Source: Chrysomallon squamiferum
Taxonomy: Eukaryota; Animalia; Mollusca
Direction of reading: 5' to 3'
NCBI GenBank assembly: GCA_012295275.1
Contig: CM022676.1
Span: 9,858,001-9,922,000 of the forward strand
DNA length: 64,000 bases
Shown: piece by piece, positions 45,357 through 52,228 of the stretch
Layout of the letters: the number at the start of each line of letters is the position of its first letter
Numbering within the stretch: the stretch's first letter is position 1
Notes under the pieces: generated by a model
What the model saw: only the letters and a program-made list of their open reading frames with translations
What the model was told of the DNA's origin: nothing
The model's database searches: none
Translations under genes and position numbers: made by a program

Positions 45357-45572
45357 TTATTTATTTATTTATTTATTTTAACAGGTTGTATGTTTAAGGG
45401 TTCTTGTTATTCAGCTGGACATCATTTAAGCATGAACAATGTAAAGTGTGTTTGTCGCTATGATTCGTGGAAGTGTAATACTTTGCCAATGTTGACACAG
45501 AGAGATAGCAAGAAAAACAAAAAGTCGTTTATGAAACGGGTAAAAGTATATTACCGCTTTTCCCCATTCTAA
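15587..45572 (+). CDS. Large secreted multi-module cysteine-rich protein (FN1/VWC-like repeats); 28 coding exons; ~1,406 aa without and ~1,470 aa with the degenerate exon M6
   Basis: Signal-peptide exon followed by 27 module exons. Every intron is GT-AG and phase 1, and every internal exon length is a multiple of 3. Cys spacing is conserved. The last exon ends in TAA (45570-45572) with AATAAA at 45642. Confidence 0.9.
15725..15932. repeat. 38-bp intronic tandem repeat x~5
   Basis: Unit gttattatcattatttctttgtcgttgtcactactgct. Confidence 0.85.
16409..16534 (+). CDS. Module exon M1 GCRILDTCYPDGYVTSYTSLQCKCVQDTAVCVVLPNVTEFCD
   Basis: ccccag|ga ... gacg|gtaacg; 126 nt; phase 1-1. Confidence 0.9.
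17858..18315. repeat. 7 copies of a ~32-bp unit (tttgtatttaaattgatctgactaaaatctcg) separated by variable (att)n tracts
   Basis: Visible directly; ends ~37 nt upstream of the M2 acceptor. Confidence 0.9.
18353..18490 (+). CDS. Module exon M2 GCYKSNVCFPGGLQKTRTKHYACFCDKKLQCTKLSPLDKLTASSCS
   Basis: tgtgcag|gg ... tcag|gtaaaa; 138 nt; absent from the ORF track. Confidence 0.88.
18935..19683 (-). mobile_element. Non-autonomous, internally deleted Tigger/pogo-family (Tc1/mariner superfamily) DNA transposon
   Basis: Terminal inverted repeats CAGTGGTACCTTGACTTACGA / TCGTAAGTCGAGGTGCCACTG (2 mismatches in 21) and flanking TA on both sides. The minus strand encodes only a transposase N-terminus (PKKVSAKDSAEKKKRMMTIELKLEFLEKHEGGVHVVDLVRQYERSNYTICTILK, CENP-B/psq-type HTH). 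Confidence 0.88.
19723..19866 (+). CDS. Module exon M3 GCFLKGACLPSGFWTHDKHSWCGCVQKKWLCHYTIPSVFYKAKSYPCE
   Basis: ttctcaag|ga ... gaag|gtaaat; 144 nt. Confidence 0.9.
20756..20896 (+). CDS. Module exon M4 GCVFQDGCVIPDHTFLLGSTLCVCYKQIIRCRSLVPPKTKQIIHSCA
   Basis: tgcag|gg ... gcag|gtaatt; 141 nt. Confidence 0.9.
22201..22395 (+). CDS. Module exon M5 GCYFEGVCVPSGHSIEVSHKRCFCVRHKLRCYPYPVSHTGPHPGPHPGPHPVPHPRPVSTKDNCK
   Basis: aatacag|gg ... aaag|gtaaac; 195 nt. Confidence 0.9.
23041..23235 (+). pseudogene. Degenerate module exon M6: 5' end scrambled by satellite units and second Cys lost; pseudo-exon or assembly artefact
   Basis: The 3' two-thirds are nearly identical to M7. The canonical-looking acceptor at 23021 leads to an in-frame TGA. 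Acceptors at 23040 or 23058 keep the frame but give ...CYFDVFSG..., lacking GVC. Confidence 0.55.
24966..25172 (+). CDS. Module exon M7 GCYFDGVCVLSGISFEVSHKRCLCVRNKLRCYPYPVPHPVPHPGPHPGPHPGPHPGPHPTPVSPKDNCK
   Basis: aatacag|gg ... aaag|gtaaac; 207 nt. Confidence 0.88.
27195..27377 (+). CDS. Module exon M8 GCYFKGVCVPSGRSVIVNHERCLCARHKLRCYHYPVPHPVPHPGPHPGPHPTPVSTKDNCK
   Basis: aatacag|gg ... aaag|gtaaac; 183 nt; absent from the ORF track. Confidence 0.88.
27720..27902 (+). CDS. Module exon M9 GCYFDGVCVPSGRSIDVSHKRCLCVRNKLRCYPYPVSHPVPHPGPHPRPHPRPVSIVDNCK
   Basis: aatacag|gg ... aaag|gtaata; 183 nt. Confidence 0.9.
28507..28659 (+). CDS. Module exon M10 GCIVDDKCVPHQYTMTMGKSTCVCIVNAWACSPYPPATPIPGTTPIPAYCE
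   Basis: aataaag|gc ... gaag|gtaaag; 153 nt. Confidence 0.88.
29540..29683 (+). CDS. Module exon M11 GCVVKGVCVAHGYTIPVNGTHCVCVNHRMKCTRLQSSAYPDIFKKLCS
   Basis: ctttgttag|gc ... tctg|gtaatg; 144 nt. Confidence 0.9.
30252..30386 (+). CDS. Module exon M12 GCFVFGKCLPSGFGFAVGTKWCSCDHHTFRCSKFGVFRGKPETCD
   Basis: tacaaag|gt ... gatg|gtaata; 135 nt; the ORF track shows a different frame here. Confidence 0.88.
31151..31288 (+). CDS. Module exon M13 GCMFHGVCVVKGFVTKANGRRYICVNHQMHHINQHHHHISPTYKCR (4 Cys, His-rich)
   Basis: tttcccccag|ga ... agag|gtatta; 138 nt. Confidence 0.88.
31980..32126 (+). CDS. Module exon M14 GCIYNYRCYPSGFKTVINHANCYCYINAWRCYHGDSKKTTKTYAKLLCS
   Basis: ttttcag|gc ... agtg|gtaggt; 147 nt; absent from the ORF track. 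Confidence 0.9.
32370..32685. repeat. 48-bp intronic tandem repeat x~6.5
   Basis: Unit ctacattctgtgacatttcatgaaaccacactgttcttaatgatgtca. Confidence 0.9.
33057..33233 (+). CDS. Module exon M15 GCVVDNTCYPNGFEVQINNDKCMCLQRIWKCETSSLHLHPLPVTTGSITEVHHRHPRCN
   Basis: ttcttag|gc ... aatg|gtgtgt; 177 nt. Confidence 0.88.
33320..33690. repeat. 59-bp intronic tandem repeat x~6
   Basis: Unit ttttagaaatagagatagaacgacagacattttgatagacttatgatgtagatatgtcc; shifts by 1 base per 60-nt line. Confidence 0.9.
34713..34892 (+). CDS. Module exon M16 GCMMKGICFLNGFSLLENAVTCSCNKNMWSCFPSKSTVLNLKSPIVLEGRIRTVFRHECK
   Basis: catgcag|gt ... aaag|gtaaat; 180 nt. Confidence 0.9.
36260..36400 (+). CDS. Module exon M17 GCSVKYLCLPSGFSRWEKNKWCTCAIDKWMCYPKSDTSNRHTVATCT
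   Basis: gttttcag|gc ... acag|gttttc; 141 nt. Confidence 0.88.
36488..37335. repeat. Degenerate ~75-bp minisatellite built from ctgacatt/ctcac sub-motifs
   Basis: Recurring cattgtcctcacttgtattctgacattattctcaca...ctgacattatgctgatatattctgacag, decaying toward the 3' end. Confidence 0.8.
37469..37648 (+). CDS. Module exon M18 GCKYKGVCFSATYVIKDGSVMCLCHGNHWQCTPSHKSYSDLKAPIVIGRKPFLLHGIQCA
   Basis: tgttgcag|ga ... gcag|gttaaa; 180 nt. Confidence 0.9.
39002..39166 (+). CDS. Module exon M19 GCVYNGVCFTQLSSVNINGMACVCNSKKWYCSPLHIAPVVTSPPSPTPAPAPVCL
   Basis: tatttag|gt ... ttag|gtaaga; 165 nt. Confidence 0.9.
39372..39515 (+). CDS. Module exon M20 GCQVHDRCYPVGFKKSGGSMTCLCLENKWICIVKTVTQVSPFLQNQCT
   Basis: gacccag|gg ... 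acag|gtaaat; 144 nt; the ORF track shows a different frame. Confidence 0.9.
40016..40171 (+). CDS. Module exon M21 AGCVDAGECYRLGFQKKIGNFTCFCNKQHWTCSSNIKTGLHLVCLIQVQLCP (7 Cys)
   Basis: gttaaag|ct ... ccag|gtaatt; 156 nt. Confidence 0.85.
40481..40950 (+). repeat. 34-bp tandem repeat x14 consisting of the M22 acceptor plus the first ~15 exon bases
   Basis: Unit gtttgtgttacag|gatgtacagttaatgtaaaat; CAG runs from 40491 to 40933 at 34-bp spacing; the last copy is the real exon start. Confidence 0.92.
40936..41097 (+). CDS. Module exon M22 GCIVNGTCVVSGFVKTFGRTKCSCTNNTWGCTSLPTTKTRIGIFRAKQIDVECK
   Basis: cttacag|ga ... aaag|gtattt; 162 nt. Confidence 0.9.
41484..41633 (+). CDS. Module exon M23 GCVVNGKCVVEGYEETNSTQKCVCVQSAWTCDKLPLPVTDSENKGTQCAN
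   Basis: tacccag|gc ... aatg|gtgaag; 150 nt. Confidence 0.88.
42439..42615 (+). CDS. Module exon M24 GCVAKKICFPNGYAVMDGETVCVCKGTKWSCQPKSSSLLGVNILVVKTDYMPKQPHPCT
   Basis: caatcag|gc ... acag|gtaaaa; 177 nt. Confidence 0.9.
43409..43549 (+). CDS. Module exon M25 GCVVRGNCIPSGYVTIDGNYCCGCTDSAWSCVDKTLTRGQGYVAKCI (7 Cys)
   Basis: gtctaag|gt ... atcg|gtaagc; 141 nt. Confidence 0.9.
44586..44711 (+). CDS. Module exon M26 GCVNNEVCFPNGYALVQSQSVCVCQTDKWLCTVTKTAKPLCN
   Basis: tattcag|gt ... aatg|gtaagt; 126 nt; absent from the ORF track. Confidence 0.9.
45385..45572 (+). CDS. Terminal module exon M27 GCMFKGSCYSAGHHLSMNNVKCVCRYDSWKCNTLPMLTQRDSKKNKKSFMKRVKVYYRFSPF*
   Basis: ttaacag|gt; 5 Cys with no trailing Cys; TAA at 45570-45572. 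Confidence 0.85.
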
Positions 45573-45641
45573 CCTAGTATCCAGTTAATTCAGTCGCCAA
45601 ATGAAGAAGTAATGTGATACGTTTATTTCAATACTTTAATT

Positions 45642-45647
45642 AATAAA
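45642..45647 (+). terminator. Candidate polyadenylation signal of the Cys-rich gene
   Basis: AATAAA 70 nt after the stop, followed by a GT/T-rich tract (ctgtctttgtttgtttg). Confidence 0.6.
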
Positions 45648-45830
45648 CTTCTGTCTTTGTTTGTTTGTTTGTTTGTTTGTTTATTTATGTATTACTGACT
45701 GATTTTATTTTATTTTATTTTATTTATTTATATGTTGTATTAGTATTACATTTGTTACTGTTTTGCCATTATATTACTACTGTTATTACTGCTATTATTA
45801 CTATCACTACTACTATTACTACTATTACTA

Positions 45831-45888
<58 letters not shown>

Positions 45889-47275
45889 TTCTTTTTTTTT
45901 CAGAATGTTTCACAGAAAACTAAAAAGTCTGAAACCAATAAATAATCGCACAAAGTTAATTTTAAACATGTTGGTTTATCTTGAAATAAATGAAATCTCT
46001 AAATTATTAATTGTGTAGGGTATTTTGTTTATTTATGCAAAGTATGTTTTGCCATAAAATATAAATTTAGATGAATGTATTACATCAGTAACATATATTA
46101 TTTCATTTACCGTAATTGTAAATAAGTGGTGGACTTGTTTGTTCACTGACACATCAGGCAGCCATATTACATTTGTGGGCAACAAATTAGGAGTTAATTA
46201 ATTATGCTGTAATCAAGGTTTAATCTAATTTTTGCACCAAGGTTTCTACATGTTGTAATAACTCCACTTAGAAAATAATAAACATTGTCATTTAAAATGT
46301 TGGCTCAAATTTTCCATTTAGTTCTTAGCATATTTAAACAACCCAAACTACAAAATAATAAGTACAGTCATTTAAAACATTTCCACAAATTTTCCCAGTA
46401 AGTTTTAGGCATGATTTGAAAATAATATAGTTTAAAATATTCCACACCGATTTTTCCAGGTTAATATCACTATTAATTTGCAGTCACGGTGTTATTGAAT
46501 TTAGTATTTGACGTACATCTTTGAATTAGAGAAAGATACAAACATTTTGCAGCATTTCACTGTTCTTCTTTTTTTCTTTATTTATTTCAACCATCATATT
46601 TTTTTTTTTTTTTTTTTTAAACTGGTAAGCGAAGTTTCAGAGTTTCTGAAATAAGCGAAAAATGTGTACACATATCGAGGCCACTGTTACATATCGCAAG
46701 AACACAGGTTAACGATACTAACCGGATATGACATCTCTGCTGTTAATAACAATCTTCAGAAATCAATTAATAAAATACACGAAATATTTTTATTGTTTAT
46801 TTTTAAGTTTGGCTCTTTCTTCTTGTTCTGCTTCTTCTTCTTTTTATAATAATAATAATAATAATAATTATTATTATTATTATTATTATTATTTATAAAT
46901 TCTGTTGTTATTTAATAATGCGTTTATTTATTTATTTATTATTATTATTAGTATTATATATATTTTTTACAAATGTAAACTTGGTTCATTATAAGGTTAA
47001 GCCTGTTAGTACGTCACAGAAAGTATGGAACACCGACAGTACGTAATAATAGTTATAATAAAAATAATAATTCACAGTTAATTTCATTTGTTTTTGTTTT
47101 TATTATTCGGAATTGCAGGATAAACCAAATGACTTGTACTGTTTTGAGATATCAGCTTTATATTGCGACTATAAGAACCGTCCTATGCAGCTCCATATTC
47201 ACAATATAAAGCTGATTTCTTAAGATAATTAGATACATACATACATACATATAAATTAATATATTATTATTATTA

Positions 47276-47327
<52 letters not shown>

Positions 47328-47973
47328 AAAGGAAAACAACGTCTAAATTACTGCACACGATATATAAACATAATTAAATATAATGATTTTTTATAATGAT
47401 GGACAATATGGGCTTCCATATCTTTGCTTGAATACTGACGTCAGACGATGTCATCCAGAGTAACCTTGTTACTGAAAAGGACATATTATTAAGGTATGTT
47501 TTGACTTGTGCTATTGTATAAAATTAATTTATTAAATAGACATAAAGCAATAATCTTTTTATCAGTCAAACTTTATTCACATGCCGTATTCATATTTGCC
47601 CCTCTGCTAGCATGGACCAACAGGAACGATAACTCGTGACTACACAAATTGCGTCTGCTAAAAAAAAATGGCTCCATATTTCTGCAATTTCATGGTTGCA
47701 AACTAAGCCTGAATGCTTTTTTCAGATGGGTTATAACACGTGGAACATAGTCATCTACCAAAAATTAATGCATTAATCTGCAAAAGCATTGTAATTTCAG
47801 TTTATTATGCACGCGTTTGTACAAAAATAATAAGGTTCGAAACGGGGTTTTTTTTTTTTTTTTTTTTTATTTTTTTGTTAATTTTGACCACATACCACCT
47901 TATTCGTATTATATTTTTTCAAATATTATTACGACACTGTCAGCAACCCCCCCCTAAAAAAAACCTAGTAATG

Positions 47974-48015
<42 letters not shown>

Positions 48016-48949
48016 TAATAATTGTTTTTAAACAAATTAATTTTGCCAAAACTCCATAGCAGACAGTTCTGAGTACATTGTTGTAATTCTTTCTTTACAT
48101 TATTTCTTTCCATTTTCAATCCATTAGAGGTTACATTACAATAAAAAGCAAAATAAAATCACCAATTATTTTACAGCCTGACAACAGATTTTGGACACAA
48201 AACTGAAATTTCATTTAAAAGTCCATCAACCTGTTGTATATATATAAATATTTTGGTTAAAAATTAATTTTTCACTCAAAAAGAAAGAAAAGTAATAATG
48301 TTTCTGTTTTATATTTTGTGCAATATTTTTAGAACGTCAAATCGAATAATTAATGATTTCTGTCTGTTTTCACATTTATCGTTCTTTGGATAATACATTT
48401 CGTTCCCATTATCTAAACCTATCAAACAGTTATCTAAATCTCAATAGCATATTGTTATTTAAACTTTATATATATATATATATATATGGGCAGATCTAAT
48501 TCAAATAATTCAAAATTTTAATCCAAATACATATATATAATTATTATTAAGAATTTACATGGAACCTGCCCAATGAAAAAGGTAACCATGGTTACCTTGC
48601 CTTCTTTACTTATTGCACAGGGCTCCCGTAACAGTTGAAGCTTCAGGGCACCCCAAATGTAAGTGCGCCACTGTACGCAGACAGCCACATACACACGTAT
48701 ATACTTTGTTTTATTGTTTCCTCCAGTTTTGCCGTTTTAATTCAGAGATGTTTCCATATACAATCTTCTAATCCTACAGGTAATAAAGAGAAAATAAACA
48801 AAGAATTCAATATTACACTAATTTATTTGCAGAAAGAAGAAATGTGACAAAGAAAAATATCCAGAATTAAATTAGTATTGGCACAAGGTGGATAAACAGA
48901 CAGGTCGAAGAAGATAAGAGCTACGAAACAAAAGCTGGGATCGAAGTTA

Positions 48950-48982
<33 letters not shown>

Positions 48983-49065
48983 AACCTAAAACAAAATCCC
49001 AACAAAAACAAGGATAACAGATCGCCAGAATTCTGAAAACAGATACACAAATTCTATCTGTCTTA

Positions 49066-50067
49066 ATGGGTCGTCATTTCTTCCTCTACTTCCTTCTGTT
49101 TGAAGCAACTGCTATTATCTTTCTTGTTTCGTTGCTGTCTTACAATTTAAGCAATATTTCTATCTTTTTAGTGATGACCATTTCAGAGAATGATCGTCTT
49201 AAATACCGACTACAGATGGCCGAAAGGAATCGTCAGCCTTTGCTGATCAGCTCCAGTTTGCTTCATAGGAGCACGGTCCTCACTCGAAACGAGACTGCCT
49301 GGTACGACGAGCACGAGATTTGTGATTTACAAACGAGTGACGTCGTGAGAGCTACGCTGAACTCTCCTGCAGGTGAAATACCTATTTACGTTTATCCCGA
49401 AAAAGAGAACCAGTGGATCTCTGGAAACACCATAAAACCGAAAGTGTGGGAGAGGGACGAAATGAAACTCGTGTACCTTTTGATGGCCAAAGACAAGCAA
49501 TTAGATTTTCTGGATATTGGTGCTAATCTCGGAGTGTACGGATTAACGTTCGCGAATATTGGACGACGTGTTGTCATGATTGATCCCGTAGTGAGAAACG
49601 TCAGACGGCTGTGTAAGTCCGTACGAGAAAACTACATCAAGCGAAATGTCTACGTCGTTCACAATGCCCTTTCTGACAGAAGGTACAAAGTAGCCTTTGG
49701 GAACAAGTCGGACAACGTCAGGGGCACGTTTGTGAAGGAGATGACGTCGTGGAAACAGGAGGTAGCTCAAGCCATTATTCTGGATGATCTGTTGGAGATA
49801 TTCGACTTGGAGAAAGTAGTAATGAAGGTTGACGTAGAGCCCGATGGATCTAAAGCTCTTCTAGGGGGAGATAACTTTTTCAGAAGCGTCGATGTCAAAC
49901 TGGTGATCATCGAATGGAACGCCCATCGGAAAGATGGCAAAGAAATAATTAATTTTCTGACAAAGCACAACATGAAGCCTTACAAACCATCGCATGTTGA
50001 CGAGCAGCGTTTAGATGTAAACTTATCTGACCAGTGGCCTGCCGATATTATATGGAAAAAAGACTAA
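49066..50067 (+). CDS. FkbM-family (Methyltransf_21) SAM-dependent methyltransferase with N-terminal transmembrane anchor; single coding exon; 333 aa
   Basis: Motif I FLDIGANLGVYG, VVMIDP, VVHNALSD, IILDDLL, VVMKVDVE, VIIEW; hydrophobic N-terminal segment; AATAAA shortly after the stop. Confidence 0.88.
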   Translation: MGRHFFLYFLLFEATAIIFLVSLLSYNLSNISIFLVMTISENDRLKYRLQMAERNRQPLLISSSLLHRSTVLTRNETAWYDEHEICDLQTSDVVRATLNSPAGEIPIYVYPEKENQWISGNTIKPKVWERDEMKLVYLLMAKDKQLDFLDIGANLGVYGLTFANIGRRVVMIDPVVRNVRRLCKSVRENYIKRNVYVVHNALSDRRYKVAFGNKSDNVRGTFVKEMTSWKQEVAQAIILDDLLEIFDLEKVVMKVDVEPDGSKALLGGDNFFRSVDVKLVIIEWNAHRKDGKEIINFLTKHNMKPYKPSHVDEQRLDVNLSDQWPADIIWKKD

Positions 50068-50101
50068 AATAAATAATCAATAGATCAATAAAGTGATTTT
50101 A

Positions 50102-50168
<67 letters not shown>

Positions 50169-52228
50169 TTAATTATGTAAAATAAAAAAATAAAATAAAA
50201 TAAATTGAATTGAATTAAATTAAATTAAATTAAATTAAATTAAATTAAATTAAATTAAATTAAATTAAATTAAATGGTAGAAAATAAAGTTTTTTGTTTG
50301 AGGAAAACAAATAAACTACTTATTGAAGTTATTCATTTTTTTGTTTTTGTTGTTGTTGTTTTTATCTTTGTTTTGGCTTTTCTCTGTTTATAATGTGTAT
50401 CTGCATATAGATAATCAACATGTACTAGATCAAACTATCATTGCTCAAACCCAGTGCTGTACAATGTTAACAAAATGTTAACTTTAATAATAGCTTGCAT
50501 TTTCTATAAATGATAAAATATTGGTGAGGAATGTCTATAAATGGTTATTTTACTTGAACGATAAATGTAGATGCATGTATCATTGCGAATGTTTACATTA
50601 ACAGTGCAGAGACAAAAAACTATCTTGTGTCACAGGATCAGTCATAACTACTGAAATAATTCCCATTACAGACAGAACTCCTGTTAGTGACATGTCAAAG
50701 ATGATTATGACATAACATGTTTATATTGTTTATGTTACAAAATAAAATATTTCAACTGAGACCAGCTGTTTACCTCAGTTCTTTGTCATGTGTGTAAAAC
50801 ACATTTATCAGACATTTAACAGCCATTAAAACACGTCTAATGGTCATTAAACAAATGATGTCTTGTTTCACATGAATATTGTCAGTTATAAACAAAACAA
50901 AACAATGTTGCTGTTTTGTTGTGTGTGGTTTTTTTATGTCAATAGGTTATAAAATAAACCAACGATTATACACTACAGTTAAATGTGAATGTAACCTATA
51001 AACAACGAAAACATGATGACATTTTACAAAACTAATTTTTGTGACTCCAGTTTTCTTTTCATTGTTAAGTTTTTATACAGGTAAATTAATTTTTAAAGTG
51101 GTTGTCATTCTGTTTATCTGTGGTGGTATATTTTTATTTCTCTTTTCAAGAAAACAGGTGTTGTTTTTTGGGGTGTTTTATAAATATGATTTAAACATCA
51201 ACAAAATTTTGTAAATGGTATTTGAATTTAAAATAATGATCAAGTCTAAAAAAAATAATAAAAAAGATTTGAAATAATAAAATTAGGTTAATAATTTTGG
51301 AAAAATAAAATAAAAAAATAAAAAGAGACTCAAACTGAGTTAAAGGACATCTGGGACTTTCAAAAACAACAACAACAACAACAACAACAAATACAAATAG
51401 AAGCAGAAGAAGTAACAAAGAAAAAAAAAAAGAAAGAAAGAAAAAGGTGATCTTTTAAGAACTAATTTTTCTTCATGAGCTAAAGAAAGTTATAAATTGT
51501 TTCCTACTAATTCAAATGGCAGAAATTACAAAACTATTAGGTGGTTTGTTTTATGAGTAAACAGTATGAAATTCTCATAAAGATTTAAATACTGAAGGTT
51601 CATAGTACTTAATGAAATTTATACAAAAGTTTAAACATAATGACAGAAATCACAGAGGAAAGTGGAAAAAAAAACACCAACAAAAAACAAAACAAAACAA
51701 AAACTCATATTGTCAAGTCTTAATTGTTAATAGTCAAGCTAAAAAGAAAGTGTTTTATCATTTACTTGACTGTTTACTTATGTCATTTAACCCTGAGAAA
51801 AAAAAAAAAAAAAAAAAAAAGAAAGAAATAATAAATGAATGAATAACATTATAATAAATAAATGTATTACACAAAAACTGTTTTAATGTTTATTTTATGA
51901 AAGGATTCATATCCAGTGGGAACAGGAAATTTTAAAATAATATTTATTATGATGGTGTGATAACAATATACACAAATGCACATATGTGTACAAATATTAA
52001 CATACATACATACATAAAACTCATTGTTCATATATTTATTTTTGAATTTATTAATTGTCATTCAGAGTTTATTACTTTTAACAAGTTGTTTTGATAAACT
52101 GCACTGCTGTCTGTAAAATAGAACATACTGATGAATACAGAAACTAAATATTTGGTATTTTTTATTTATTTGTAAAACAGACTATTATTATTATTATTAT
52201 TATTATTATTAAAATTATGATTATTATA

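Noticed and set aside
16409-45572. Calling the modules pacifastin, canonical VWC, or separate toxin-like genes
   Set aside because: The Cys spacing lacks the CxxCxC of pacifastin/VWC. Only one signal peptide and one stop exist, and all modules are bounded by splice sites, so this is one gene.
1317-48018. Dozens of ORF-track entries rich in YI/CV/LL/II/TH runs
   Set aside because: They are translations of (TA)n, (TG)n, (ATT)n, (TATG)n and (TTTA)n microsatellites, with no splice-consistent or domain evidence.
49066-50067. Recent bacterial horizontal transfer or contamination for the intronless FkbM gene
   Set aside because: It is embedded in host-type microsatellite DNA, has a eukaryote-style membrane anchor and polyA signals, and the family is widespread in invertebrates.
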